This document shows, piece by piece, positions 40,334 to 48,796 of a stretch of 55,089 nucleotides of DNA; position 1 is the first letter of the stretch, and every line of letters starts with the position of its first letter. The notes under the pieces were generated by a model, which saw nothing but the letters and a program-made list of their open reading frames with translations, ran no database searches and was not told the DNA's origin. The translations under genes were made by a program, and so were the position numbers. Where the stretch lies: the NCBI GenBank assembly GCA_002293685.1, contig DBDS01000004.1, positions 100,479-155,567 of the forward strand, read 5' to 3'. Origin of the DNA: Patescibacteria group bacterium UBA926 (lineage in GTDB: Bacteria > Patescibacteriota > Doudnabacteria > UBA920).

Positions 40334-42088
40334 ATGAACACTCAAGAATTACAACAACTCATCATGGAACTCGGCTTAGATCCTAATGATCAACAGCTTC
40401 AAAAATTGCTTATGCAAATTTTGGAAAGCAAGCCGCAAGTGGAAATTAGTCAGGGTTTCAAAGAACAACTCCGAACGCAGTTGGTTCAGCAAACAACTGT
40501 TGCAAAAGCAGGAGCAACAAATTCTCTTTCTCGTCATGCTGAGCAAACAACAAACTCTTCTTCTCGTCATGCTGAGCAAACAACAAACTCTTCTTTTCGT
40601 CATGCTGAGCAAACAACAAACTCTTCTTCTCGTCATGCTGAGCGAAGCGAAGCATCTCCAAAAAATAATTTATTAACAAATCTTATGCAAAAAATAATGA
40701 TCCCAGCTCTTGTGGCGGTAGTCGTCCTAGTAGCTGGTGGTGCGTGGTACGCAAATCAACAAAACCCAGGTTTAATTGATTTCGGCGGCGGCGACGAAAT
40801 CTTGTCTGGTAAATATTCCGTGGACCAACTTGACGCTGGTTCTTTCGGAGATTTGAGCAAAGTCGCTATCGTTTCAGGTGGTCCTGCGACTGGAATGGGA
40901 AGTGGCGGCGGAACTAACTTAACAAGTGACGCTCAAAAAGCAACCGAATCCGAACGGATGGCAATCGCTCCAGTTGGTTCAGGCGGCGGTTCAGATGCGA
41001 GCATCTTACCTTACCCTGATGGATATAATTTTATGTACGAAGGTGAAGAAATATCTGGTCTTGCCGAAACACAAGATGTGTTGAAGCGTCAAAAACCAGA
41101 GCAAAGCGAAAGCGTGGTTAGTCGAATTATTCGAATTTTCAGTTTTGGTCTAGTTGATTTAACAAAGTTCACTAATACCCGTATTCAAAGTTTTGCTTTC
41201 ATGGAAGATAAAGACTTAGGATTAAGTGTTAACATTGATTTACATCAGGGTAATATTGGAATTTATCAGAACTGGGAGAAGTGGCCACAACCTCAATATG
41301 GATGTGAAGGTAGCTACTGTGGTGCGTTACCACGTATTACTGAATCAGATTTACCAAGTGACGAAGAAGCTTTACGAATCGCAAATCAGTTCGTTAGTGA
41401 TTACGGAATTTCGTTGGAAGGTTACGGCGCTCCGATGGTTTATGAACCACACAACTGGCGTATCGCTTACGAGCGAGCAGAAGACAAAGCAGGATTTTAT
41501 ATTCCAGAAACAGTGAATGTAATTTACCCAATTGAAATTGAAGGTCAGAGAGTATTTGATGAAAACGGCCACCCAACTGGAATGAATATCAATATTGACG
41601 CTCGTACACGTCGTGTTTCTACTATGTACGGACTAGAAACCAAGCAGTTCCAACGTTCGGCGTATCAAGGTGAAACAGATGCGAACCGAATTTTAGGAAT
41701 TGCTAATCGCGGCGGTTACCGTAATCAGTTATGGGAAGGAACTAATCGTCAAACATTGATTTTGGAAACCCCGACTGTACAGTTGGTCCGCATTTGGTAC
41801 TCTAACGATCCAACTCGCATGGGTGAAGAATTATACGTACCGGCTCTTGTTTTCCCAATTCGCAATGTTGAGCAAACTAACTACTGGCGTAAGAGTGTAG
41901 TGGTTCCTTTGGTGAAAGAATTGTTAGACAATGAAAACCAAGGCGGTGGACCGGTGTATCCGATGCCAATGCCTGTGGACGATGGGCCGATGCCAGTTGA
42001 ACCAGATGGCGGAATTGGTGACACACCAGACGCACCTCAATCTACCGAGCCAAGCGCTCCGATAACTTTACCTGCTCCTAGAGGTTAA
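40334..42088 (+). CDS. Putative anti-sigma factor (single TM, large extracellular domain)
   Basis: Directly downstream of the ECF sigma; FKEQLR motif; one TM; Pro-rich tail. Confidence 0.65.
   Translation: MNTQELQQLIMELGLDPNDQQLQKLLMQILESKPQVEISQGFKEQLRTQLVQQTTVAKAGATNSLSRHAEQTTNSSSRHAEQTTNSSFRHAEQTTNSSSRHAERSEASPKNNLLTNLMQKIMIPALVAVVVLVAGGAWYANQQNPGLIDFGGGDEILSGKYSVDQLDAGSFGDLSKVAIVSGGPATGMGSGGGTNLTSDAQKATESERMAIAPVGSGGGSDASILPYPDGYNFMYEGEEISGLAETQDVLKRQKPEQSESVVSRIIRIFSFGLVDLTKFTNTRIQSFAFMEDKDLGLSVNIDLHQGNIGIYQNWEKWPQPQYGCEGSYCGALPRITESDLPSDEEALRIANQFVSDYGISLEGYGAPMVYEPHNWRIAYERAEDKAGFYIPETVNVIYPIEIEGQRVFDENGHPTGMNINIDARTRRVSTMYGLETKQFQRSAYQGETDANRILGIANRGGYRNQLWEGTNRQTLILETPTVQLVRIWYSNDPTRMGEELYVPALVFPIRNVEQTNYWRKSVVVPLVKELLDNENQGGGPVYPMPMPVDDGPMPVEPDGGIGDTPDAPQSTEPSAPITLPAPRG
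40515..40657 (+). repeat. Four 33-bp in-frame tandem repeats ending in a REP half-unit
   Basis: CAACAAACTCTTCTTCTCGTCATGCTGAGCAAA-type unit x3, then ...GTCATGCTGAGCGAAGCGAAGCATCT. Confidence 0.9.
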
Positions 42089-42091
42089 GAA

Positions 42092-42410
42092 TAAGTATCC
42101 CCGGGCGAGCGCAGCGAGACCCGGGGTCTACAATGTCATCCTGAGTCCGCCATGGGCGGACGAAGGATCTCTCTCTGTCATCCTGAGGCGCTATTAAACT
42201 GTCATCCTGAGTCCGCCATGGGCGGACGAAGGATCTCTCATGTCATTCCGGCCTTGAGCCGGAATCTCCTGAATGCCATCACGGCATTACATATGTCATC
42301 CCCGCGAAGGCGGGGAATCCAAAAAATACATCAGTAAAACCCGCTCTGCAACAGAGCGGGTTTTTGTTTTCCATGTCACCCCGGAAGCCCGAAGGGCTAT
42401 CCGGGGTCCA
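42092..42410 (+). repeat. Cluster of about seven REP units in direct orientation plus a terminator
   Basis: TAAGTATCCCCGGG unit, TGTCATCCTGAG x3, TGTCATTCCGG, TGTCATCCCCGCG, TGTCACCCCGG; terminator at ~42337-42365. Confidence 0.88.
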
Positions 42411-42469
42411 TTTTTCCAAACCACTACATTAATCTCAGATATCTAGTCCCTCTGTGGTAAAATTAAACC

Positions 42470-42865
42470 ATGAACGAATATACTCAGTATGCTGAATTGA
42501 TTAAACCCGCTTGGGCGCCGCCAGCATTCTTGTTTGGTCCGGTTTGGACTTTCCTTTACGCAGTTATTATAGTGAGTTTTGGATACGTGTTTTATCTTGC
42601 TTGGAAGAATGTCATTCCGAGAAAAGTCGCGTTGCCGTTTGTATTAAATATTATTTTTAATGCAGTATTTACTCCACTGCAGTTTGGACTTAATAACAAT
42701 TTCCTAGCCTCGATAGATATTCTGTTGGTACTCGCAACATTAATTTGGTTAATGAAGGCAGTTTGGCCTTATCGCCGTTGGGTTGCGTTAGTGAATATTC
42801 CGTATTTAGCATGGGTGAGTTTCGCTACAGTTTTGCAAATTACTATTACATATTTAAACTGGTAA
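42470..42865 (+). CDS. tspO: TspO/MBR family protein
   Basis: KPAWAPP..FGPVWT.LY, PYLAWVSFA. Confidence 0.92.
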   Translation: MNEYTQYAELIKPAWAPPAFLFGPVWTFLYAVIIVSFGYVFYLAWKNVIPRKVALPFVLNIIFNAVFTPLQFGLNNNFLASIDILLVLATLIWLMKAVWPYRRWVALVNIPYLAWVSFATVLQITITYLNW

Positions 42866-42871
42866 CCCCAA

Positions 42872-42979
42872 TGTCATCCTCGGCCAAAGGATAAGTATCC
42901 CCGGGCGAAGACCCGGGGTTTCTCATATCATCCTGAGGCGCTATTAAATTGTCATCCTGAGGCGCAGCCGAAGGATCTC
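42872..42979 (+). repeat. REP cluster with a partial 24-bp duplication
   Basis: TAAGTATCCCCGGGCGAAGACCCGGGG; TATCATCCTGAGGCGCTATTAAAT-TGTCATCCTGAGGCGC..GAAGGATCT. Confidence 0.85.
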
Positions 42980-42988
42980 TCTATAAGT

Positions 42989-43300
42989 ATGACACCACAA
43001 GAAATCAAACACGCAGTCGAACAAGTGAAGAAAGGCGAGGCACTGCTTTTAGATGTCCGTAGGCAAGAAGAATGGGACAAGGGGCATGCCGTAGGCGCAG
43101 AGTTGTTCCCGTCCGAAAGGATTCTTATTGGCGGTGAAGTTCCAAAAGTTCCAACAGAGAAAACTATTTACACGTATTGCCAGAGCGGCGGCCGTGCTGG
43201 ACGAGTTCGCGCCGAATTAGAACGCAAAGGCTTCACTGATGCTCATAATCTCGGCGGCTTGCTCGACTGGTCTGAGGCCGGCGGGGAAGTAGAGAGATAA
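42989..43300 (+). CDS. Rhodanese-like protein
   Basis: LDVR..EW..GH, YCQSGGRA, NLGG...W. Confidence 0.92.
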   Translation: MTPQEIKHAVEQVKKGEALLLDVRRQEEWDKGHAVGAELFPSERILIGGEVPKVPTEKTIYTYCQSGGRAGRVRAELERKGFTDAHNLGGLLDWSEAGGEVER

Positions 43301-43309
43301 ATCTATATA

Positions 43310-43343
43310 AAGTATCCCCGGGCGAGCGAAGCGAGACCCGGGG
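43310..43343 (+). repeat. AAGTATCCCCGGG-family REP
   Basis: Near-identical to 42093-42126. Confidence 0.85.
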
Positions 43344-43554
43344 ACTAAACCCACCATGTGGGTTTTTTGCTTGTTCTGGCGGGATATTTGTTTAGATTTT
43401 CTTCAGTTTTTGTTATGCAAAATTTGAGAAAACCTTGATAAGGTTTTTATTTCGTTTTGTTAGGATGAGAATAAGTATTTTTCTAGTGCCTCGAGTATTC
43501 CCTCACAGCGAGTAAGCTAGGGAAAACTATCTAACCTAAAAAAGGGTGGTTTAG

Positions 43555-44052
43555 ATGTATACTAAGAACCCCAAAATAGGTAGAATTAGATATATGTGGA
43601 AGAAAAGAAGACTATTATACTTACTCTCGAAACTAGAGAATAGGATTATTGAAGACGCTCATTCATTATTTCTGGGGAATGTAGCATATGAAAAAGGTGT
43701 GGATTCTGTAAGACTTATGTTGTTTTATATTCAGTATAATAAATGGTATTGGTTATTGCTTTTTAGTGTAGGTGTTGTGAGGGAGGGAGGATTAACCGTG
43801 AGCTATCGAGAGTATGAAAGGTCTAGATTAAAATACAAAAGATTGATAAAGGAATTAGACTCAGAATATATTGAGATATCTAATATAGGGGCGAGCGAAT
43901 ATGTAAGGATTTCTCCTATAGGTGAGGAATATATAAAGCCCTTATATTTCTGGACTGCTGTATTAGAGAAGTTTAAAATATGGCAAATTGTACTATTCTC
44001 AATACCAATAGGTCTTGTTATTAGGGAGATATACGAATACATTAGTAAATAG
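43555..44052 (+). CDS. Hypothetical membrane protein (AT-rich island)
   Basis: 165-aa ORF with atypical AT-rich codons and hydrophobic segments; start uncertain. Confidence 0.55.
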   Translation: MYTKNPKIGRIRYMWKKRRLLYLLSKLENRIIEDAHSLFLGNVAYEKGVDSVRLMLFYIQYNKWYWLLLFSVGVVREGGLTVSYREYERSRLKYKRLIKELDSEYIEISNIGASEYVRISPIGEEYIKPLYFWTAVLEKFKIWQIVLFSIPIGLVIREIYEYISK

Positions 44053-44195
44053 GTGTGGATAATTGATATGTCAAAATGTATCTAATTGATATATAATAGA
44101 TATATCATAGAGTTCTTTCCCAATGAAAGAAGAAATAGAAACAAATGTAGATATGAATAAATAAAAGAAAAACCCGCTTGTTTATAACAAACAGG

Positions 44196-44225
44196 TTGAC
44201 TTTTATTTTTGTATGGTTATATAAT
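44196..44225 (+). promoter_or_regulatory. sigma70 promoter facing the tRNA in antisense
   Basis: TTGACT-18 bp-TATAAT. Confidence 0.55.
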
Positions 44226-44273
44226 AAGCTTCTTGCTTTTATTGCCTAGACGCTAGGTAAGTTGATTGTTAAT

Positions 44274-44366
44274 TGGTACTGATATCCAGATTCGAACTGG
44301 AATCTCTTCCTACGACGGAATACCACTTTACTAGAGTGTTGTTTTATCCAATTAAACTATATCAGC
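44274..44366 (-). tRNA. tRNA with anticodon AGU (Thr), atypical 21-nt variable region, CCA encoded
   Basis: GCTGATA/TATCAGT acceptor stem, GTTT/AAAC D stem with GG, CACT-CTAGTAA-AGTG anticodon arm, TCCAG-TTCGAAT-CTGGA T arm, ACCA end. Confidence 0.85.
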
Positions 44367-44524
44367 TGAACAACTTACCTAGCGTCTGAGCAACAAATGC
44401 TCACAGTATTTCTTTTTCTTTTATCTCTAAGTTTTCTCAGTGGCTACAAGGGGATAACTGATTAAAAGTGGTACAACATTTCTTATTGTGTTTTAAACAA
44501 TAACCTGAAATGAGGTTAGAATCG

Positions 44525-44553
44525 GAAGCGTCTTACTAACGCTTCTTTTTTTT
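44525..44553 (+). terminator. Rho-independent terminator (plus strand)
   Basis: GAAGCGT-7 nt-ACGCTTC followed by T8. Confidence 0.65.
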
Positions 44554-44676
44554 GTTCGTGTAAGCTGGGAATTTCCACCATCCACCGTTTTTGCGATATA
44601 CGGTTTTGCCGTTACGCACTACGAATGGACAGTATATAAACCCGTCTCTAAAGAAGCAATGATTTGGATTTCCCAT
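44536..44676 (-). CDS. Unannotated 46-aa basic/aromatic small protein
   Basis: GAAGGGAG SD 6 nt before ATG; MGNPNHCFFRDGFIYCPFVVRNGKTVYRKNGGWWKFPAYTNKKKKR. Confidence 0.6.
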   Translation of the reverse strand: MGNPNHCFFRDGFIYCPFVVRNGKTVYRKNGGWWKFPAYTNKKKKR

Positions 44677-44941
44677 ATCATACTCCCTTCTGCCTGTCGT
44701 TACCGGTTAGGCATCCCTTGCAACCGTGTTGTAGCCACTGAGAAAGCTCAAAGATATTACAAAACCGTTCTAAAGCCAACGCTTTGGGAATTAATAAAGG
44801 CAAAACTTAATCCCCAAGTTAGGGCTTGAGGGATAAAAATATCCCCAAAGCGCCAGCTTCAAAACGGTTTCACTCCTGGTTAGTGTATTGGCTATTCGAC
44901 CCTAATCGAATTTAATTTATAAAGGTACTACAACTAGAATA

Positions 44942-44972
44942 ATTATAACATGACACTATCTCAGTCCTGCAA
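44942..44972 (-). promoter_or_regulatory. Extended -10 promoter for the structured RNA unit
   Basis: TGtTATAAT on the minus strand, with TTGCAG upstream. Confidence 0.55.
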
Positions 44973-45163
44973 ATAGAAAAAAATAAAATAACTTGGCTCA
45001 GTTATGGCACTTTTTACTTTCTTGGAAAATATATCCACAAAATTGAAAAGCCCTCGTCCTAACGAGGGTAGTCTTACTTATAATTATTGCAATTAAATTA
45101 ACAAATTTGAACCAACCACTCCAATTCCCGAAAGAGAAGACTTCTTCGACCTCATCCACGAAG

Positions 45164-45405
45164 CTATTGGCGAACCATACGGTTTAAAAGCACCGAGAAA
45201 ATTGGAAAAGGAGAGCGAGAGTGAGTTAGACGAAAGCTAAACTCGTTTAGATAGCCTTGTAGATACTTAGGCGAAACCCTGTGATAAGTGCCATCTATTG
45301 ATTGCTTAATTTGAGAGAAGAACCCCTCAACTGAGTTAGTATGAACTACACCAAAAGCGTATTCTTTCTTGCTTTAAAGGTATGGTTGGACCGAGTGTTG
45401 TTGAT
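45164..45405 (-). pseudogene. IS1595-family (ISXO2-like DDE) transposase, C-terminal remnant
   Basis: Minus-strand translation SKKEYAFGVVHTNSVEGFFSQIKQSIDGTYHRVSPKYLQGYLNEFSFR; in-frame stop just upstream. Confidence 0.85.
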
Positions 45406-45478
45406 AACTCTTATTGAACGAATGTACACCATAGGATATAATAGATATAGTTGTCTTAAGTTTTAACTCAAATTTCCT

Positions 45479-46507
45479 ATGAAATTAATTTCATTATTCT
45501 CAGGTTGCGGTGGTCTTGATCGAGGTTTTGAAAATGCCGGATTCAATGTAGTTTGGGCAAATGAATATGATAAGACCATTTGGGAGACTTTTCAAAAAAA
45601 CTTTCCTCACACCTATTTAGATACGAATGACATTAGGAATGTGAAGTCGGACTCTGTACCAGAAGCTTTAGGGATCATTGGTGGACCTCCTTGCCAGAGT
45701 TGGAGCCTTGCTGGTTCCATGCGAGGTATTGATGATCACAGAGGTCAATTGTTCTACGAATATTTGAGGCTGTTAAAGGATAAAAAGCCTTTGTTTTTTC
45801 TAGCTGAAAATGTAGCTGGTTTGATATCTTCCGCTCATCGGTCCAGCTTTGACAATATAATTGAATCATTTTCGGAGATAGGCTATAACGTCTCGTTTAA
45901 GCTATTAAATGCGGCTCATTACGATGTACCGGAAGACAGGTTGAGGGTTATAATAGTCGGATATAGAAAAAATGTTGTCAAAAAGTTTTTTGAGTTTCCA
46001 GAGCCTAGTAATACTCGTTTAAATTTACATCATGCTATAGGTGACTTACCAAAAGCTATTCCTGCAAAAGAAAAAAATAAGACGAACGGTTTGTATAGAA
46101 CAATTTTGCCAAATCATGAATATATGATCGGTGGTTTCTCAACAATGTATATGTCCCGAAATCGTAAGCGAAATTGGGATCAGCCTTCTTTTACAATTCA
46201 AGCTGGTGGTAGGCATGCTCCTTTGCATCCATCGGGTCCTCCAATGGAAAAATTAGGAGCTGATAAATGGATATTTAAAAAAGGAAGCGAATCTAAATAC
46301 CGTCGCTTATCAGTGAGGGAATGTGCCCGAATTCAAACTTTCCCAGATGACCATATTTTTTATTATAACGATGTAGCTGATGGTTATAAAATGATCGGCA
46401 ACGCGGTACCGGTAAAATTTGCCGAAGCTATAGCTAAGGCGATAAAAGTAGATATAGAACCATTTGTTGCTCAGACCTCAAAAGCTAAGTTAAAAGTTGT
46501 TATTTAA
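45479..46507 (+). CDS. C5-cytosine DNA methyltransferase, M.HaeIII-like (GGCC predicted)
   Basis: SLFSGCGG, GGPPCQ, ENV, R.R, IGNAVP; TRD SRNR.R.WD.PSFTIQAGGRHAPLHP. Confidence 0.93.
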   Translation: MKLISLFSGCGGLDRGFENAGFNVVWANEYDKTIWETFQKNFPHTYLDTNDIRNVKSDSVPEALGIIGGPPCQSWSLAGSMRGIDDHRGQLFYEYLRLLKDKKPLFFLAENVAGLISSAHRSSFDNIIESFSEIGYNVSFKLLNAAHYDVPEDRLRVIIVGYRKNVVKKFFEFPEPSNTRLNLHHAIGDLPKAIPAKEKNKTNGLYRTILPNHEYMIGGFSTMYMSRNRKRNWDQPSFTIQAGGRHAPLHPSGPPMEKLGADKWIFKKGSESKYRRLSVRECARIQTFPDDHIFYYNDVADGYKMIGNAVPVKFAEAIAKAIKVDIEPFVAQTSKAKLKVVI

Positions 46508-46572
46508 TTAGTCGCATATAATAGCGGTAAATTGTAAAGAATGCTAAACTGCGTGTAAGTTTAGTATTTTTT

Positions 46573-47454
46573 ATGCCACAATCAAACCAATCAGGAAGAA
46601 CTTTAGAATATGCAATAGTTGCAGTGATAATAAGTAATCACCCTAAGGATAAAATTGAATTATCCGCCCGTTTGGTGAATAACCAAAAAAAAGATCAGGT
46701 AAGTTTTTTGGCATTACCTGAAAAGGTACGGCTACAGCATATGAAGTATGCATCGATTGTATATCAATGGCTTAGCGATGATTTCAGAATTTCTCAAAAA
46801 GAAATTGTATTGGACAGAATGTCGGATGTTGATGCAAAATACGGAGACGTTACCGATATAAGAATAACTATGGATGGATCTAACCTCAATCTTTCAGTCA
46901 AGCATAATCATTTTGCATTGAAACACCAAAGACCATCTACTACTGCTATTAGATGTGGGTTTGCGCCTAAGTCCAAAGAAGATTTGGAATTTAGAAAGGA
47001 CTTGGGAAATATTACCGGTGCCTTTATAATTAATTCATCAAAAGATTATCCCGATGCTACACTGTTTAATGAAATAAAATCACAATCACCGACTTATATT
47101 AATAAAAATTTATATTTCCCGGTATGTAACCTAATTTCTGGTTTTATAAATAAGTATTCAGACCGAATAAACGTTGTCACACTCTTTAAATTTTTGGTAG
47201 GAGACACTGATTTCTATAAGGTAACAGCATTTAAGAAGCAAATTGTTATTGAGGAGTTCGCTAGACTTCAAAAGCCTACTTCGGTGACAACGAGACTTAA
47301 AGGTGATAGCTATATAATCTTAAATTTTTCAAATGGATGGGATATTAGTTTACGTTTACACACGGCGTCTTCAAAGATTGGAAAAAATCCAAGCCTGAAA
47401 TTTGATACTCTATTAATTAATTCGGATATGCCTAGTAAGTATATTAATGTATAA
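46573..47454 (+). CDS. HaeIII-family type II restriction endonuclease
   Basis: SN..GR..EY, GDV.DI, LSVKHNHFALKH.R, RLH.ASS, SLKFD. Confidence 0.85.
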   Translation: MPQSNQSGRTLEYAIVAVIISNHPKDKIELSARLVNNQKKDQVSFLALPEKVRLQHMKYASIVYQWLSDDFRISQKEIVLDRMSDVDAKYGDVTDIRITMDGSNLNLSVKHNHFALKHQRPSTTAIRCGFAPKSKEDLEFRKDLGNITGAFIINSSKDYPDATLFNEIKSQSPTYINKNLYFPVCNLISGFINKYSDRINVVTLFKFLVGDTDFYKVTAFKKQIVIEEFARLQKPTSVTTRLKGDSYIILNFSNGWDISLRLHTASSKIGKNPSLKFDTLLINSDMPSKYINV

Positions 47455-47595
47455 GAATAATACTTGATTGGTCTGGATATGGCATGAGGTGTTCCATTAA
47501 TCCCTTTACAAACATAGCTTACCAATACTGGGTTAATTATATGTTCGCCTGCCTAGATCTCAAAATTAATCAAAATATTCATTAACAAAATACAT

Positions 47596-48051
47596 ATGCA
47601 AAAAATACATCAATCAATCACAATCAACGCGCCTGTAGCAAAAGTATGGGATGCGATGCTGGGCAAGGGCACTTACGAAGAATGGACAGCAATGTTCAAT
47701 CCCGGTTCTCGGTATGAAGGCGACTGGAGTGAGGGCTCGAAGATTCTCTTCATCGGACCGAGTGGTGACGGCACCGACGGTGAAAGCGGAATGGTTAGCA
47801 GAATTGCTGTTAATAAACCTCATGAATTCATTTCCATAGAGCACTTGGGAATTTACGCTAATGGAGTAGAGGATACCACAAGTGAAGAAGCTAAGAAGTG
47901 GTCTCCGGCTTTCGAAAATTATACTTTCTCGGAAACAGATGGCGTTACTACTGTCACCATCGATCAAGATATTGAAGATGAATACAAGGAAGAATTCGAA
48001 GCGATGTGGAAGAAAGCTTTAGCGAAGCTTAAAGAAATTTGCGAGAGATAA
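47596..48051 (+). CDS. SRPBCC/AHSA1-like domain protein
   Basis: SITINAPVAKVW, W..AL..LK..CE. Confidence 0.88.
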   Translation: MQKIHQSITINAPVAKVWDAMLGKGTYEEWTAMFNPGSRYEGDWSEGSKILFIGPSGDGTDGESGMVSRIAVNKPHEFISIEHLGIYANGVEDTTSEEAKKWSPAFENYTFSETDGVTTVTIDQDIEDEYKEEFEAMWKKALAKLKEICER

Positions 48052-48109
48052 ATTGATTAAAAAAACAGTCGACGGTGAGGTCGGCTGTTTTAGTATGGTT
48101 TGAAAAAAT

Positions 48110-48796
48110 TTAGTCATCATTCTTTGTTCCGAAAATCGACAGAAGTCGCAGAAACAAGTTGAGGATGTTGAGGTACATGCCGACTGCGAAGCGCAACGCG
48201 TTATAGGTTGTGTACTCTGCTCTCATCGCTTGGTTCATATCGTAAAATATGTAAAGCGAGAAAAGGAATATTCCCACCCAATCGAGTGCGGTAAACGCCG
48301 TTTGCATAGAGTAGCCGAACATTGTGAGGATGATTGAGCCAAATTGGCAAACGATCAGCGCGGTGAGTCCTGTAAAAAGGAATCCACCCCAATGTGCTAC
48401 CGATTTAGGGTATATCATTCCGGCGATGCCGATGACTCCGGTGATTACTATGGTGGCAAAAAAGATGGTTGCGACTGACTGGAGTTCGTACATTGCCAGT
48501 ACAGGACCAATCATCGCACCGAAAGCCATGGTTAGGATTGTGTACCCTATCGCAGCTATGAAGGTCGACTCAACAAAAGTAATGAAGAGTCCGATCATTG
48601 CCACTACGAAACATCCTAGTATCAGAATCCAACCTGGTTCCCAAGTGTAACTCACCATCGATGCGAAGCCACTGAGCCAAAGCCCTCCGGCTATGAATAA
48701 AACCATCTGAAGGATGTACAGTCTTGCTGATGCTCCTTCAGTTTGATAGTTGCGCCCGTCGCGAAAACGGTGCTGCTGCTGATAACTTTCAAACAT
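48110..48796 (-). CDS. Bax inhibitor-1/YccA family membrane protein
   Basis: About 7 TMs, YI.YD, A..MYL.ILNLFL.LL; AAGGAGG SD. Confidence 0.88.
   Translation of the reverse strand: MFESYQQQHRFRDGRNYQTEGASARLYILQMVLFIAGGLWLSGFASMVSYTWEPGWILILGCFVVAMIGLFITFVESTFIAAIGYTILTMAFGAMIGPVLAMYELQSVATIFFATIVITGVIGIAGMIYPKSVAHWGGFLFTGLTALIVCQFGSIILTMFGYSMQTAFTALDWVGIFLFSLYIFYDMNQAMRAEYTTYNALRFAVGMYLNILNLFLRLLSIFGTKNDD

Larger units (their letters stand above)
44242..44935 (-). ncRNA. Putative structured polycistronic RNA: three long helices enclosing a hairpin, a small ORF and a tRNA
   Basis: IR pairs 44762-44790/44842-44870, 44422-44449/44729-44756 and 44242-44264/44371-44393; mismatches in the first two pairs are mostly G-U only on the minus strand. 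Confidence 0.6.

Noticed and set aside
40515..40657. CRISPR-like 33-bp periodicity
   Set aside because: The units are contiguous and near-identical with no unique spacers, lie in frame in a CDS, and no cas genes are present
42134..42320. Repeat array and 61-aa ORF 42152-42337 (also ORF 54179-54454)
   Set aside because: REP clusters read through by chance; neither CRISPR arrays nor credible genes
44054..44062. DnaA box TGTGGATAA suggesting oriC
   Set aside because: Isolated box with no cluster and no dnaA/dnaN context
44326..44336. Reading the tRNA as an amber suppressor (CUA) or Leu (UAG)
   Set aside because: Stem pairing CACT/AGTG fixes a 7-nt loop CUAGUAA with U33, which places AGU at positions 34-36
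43511..47520. 8-bp inverted match GTAAGCTA/TAGCTTAC as island terminal repeats
   Set aside because: Too short to distinguish from chance; no flanking duplication recognised
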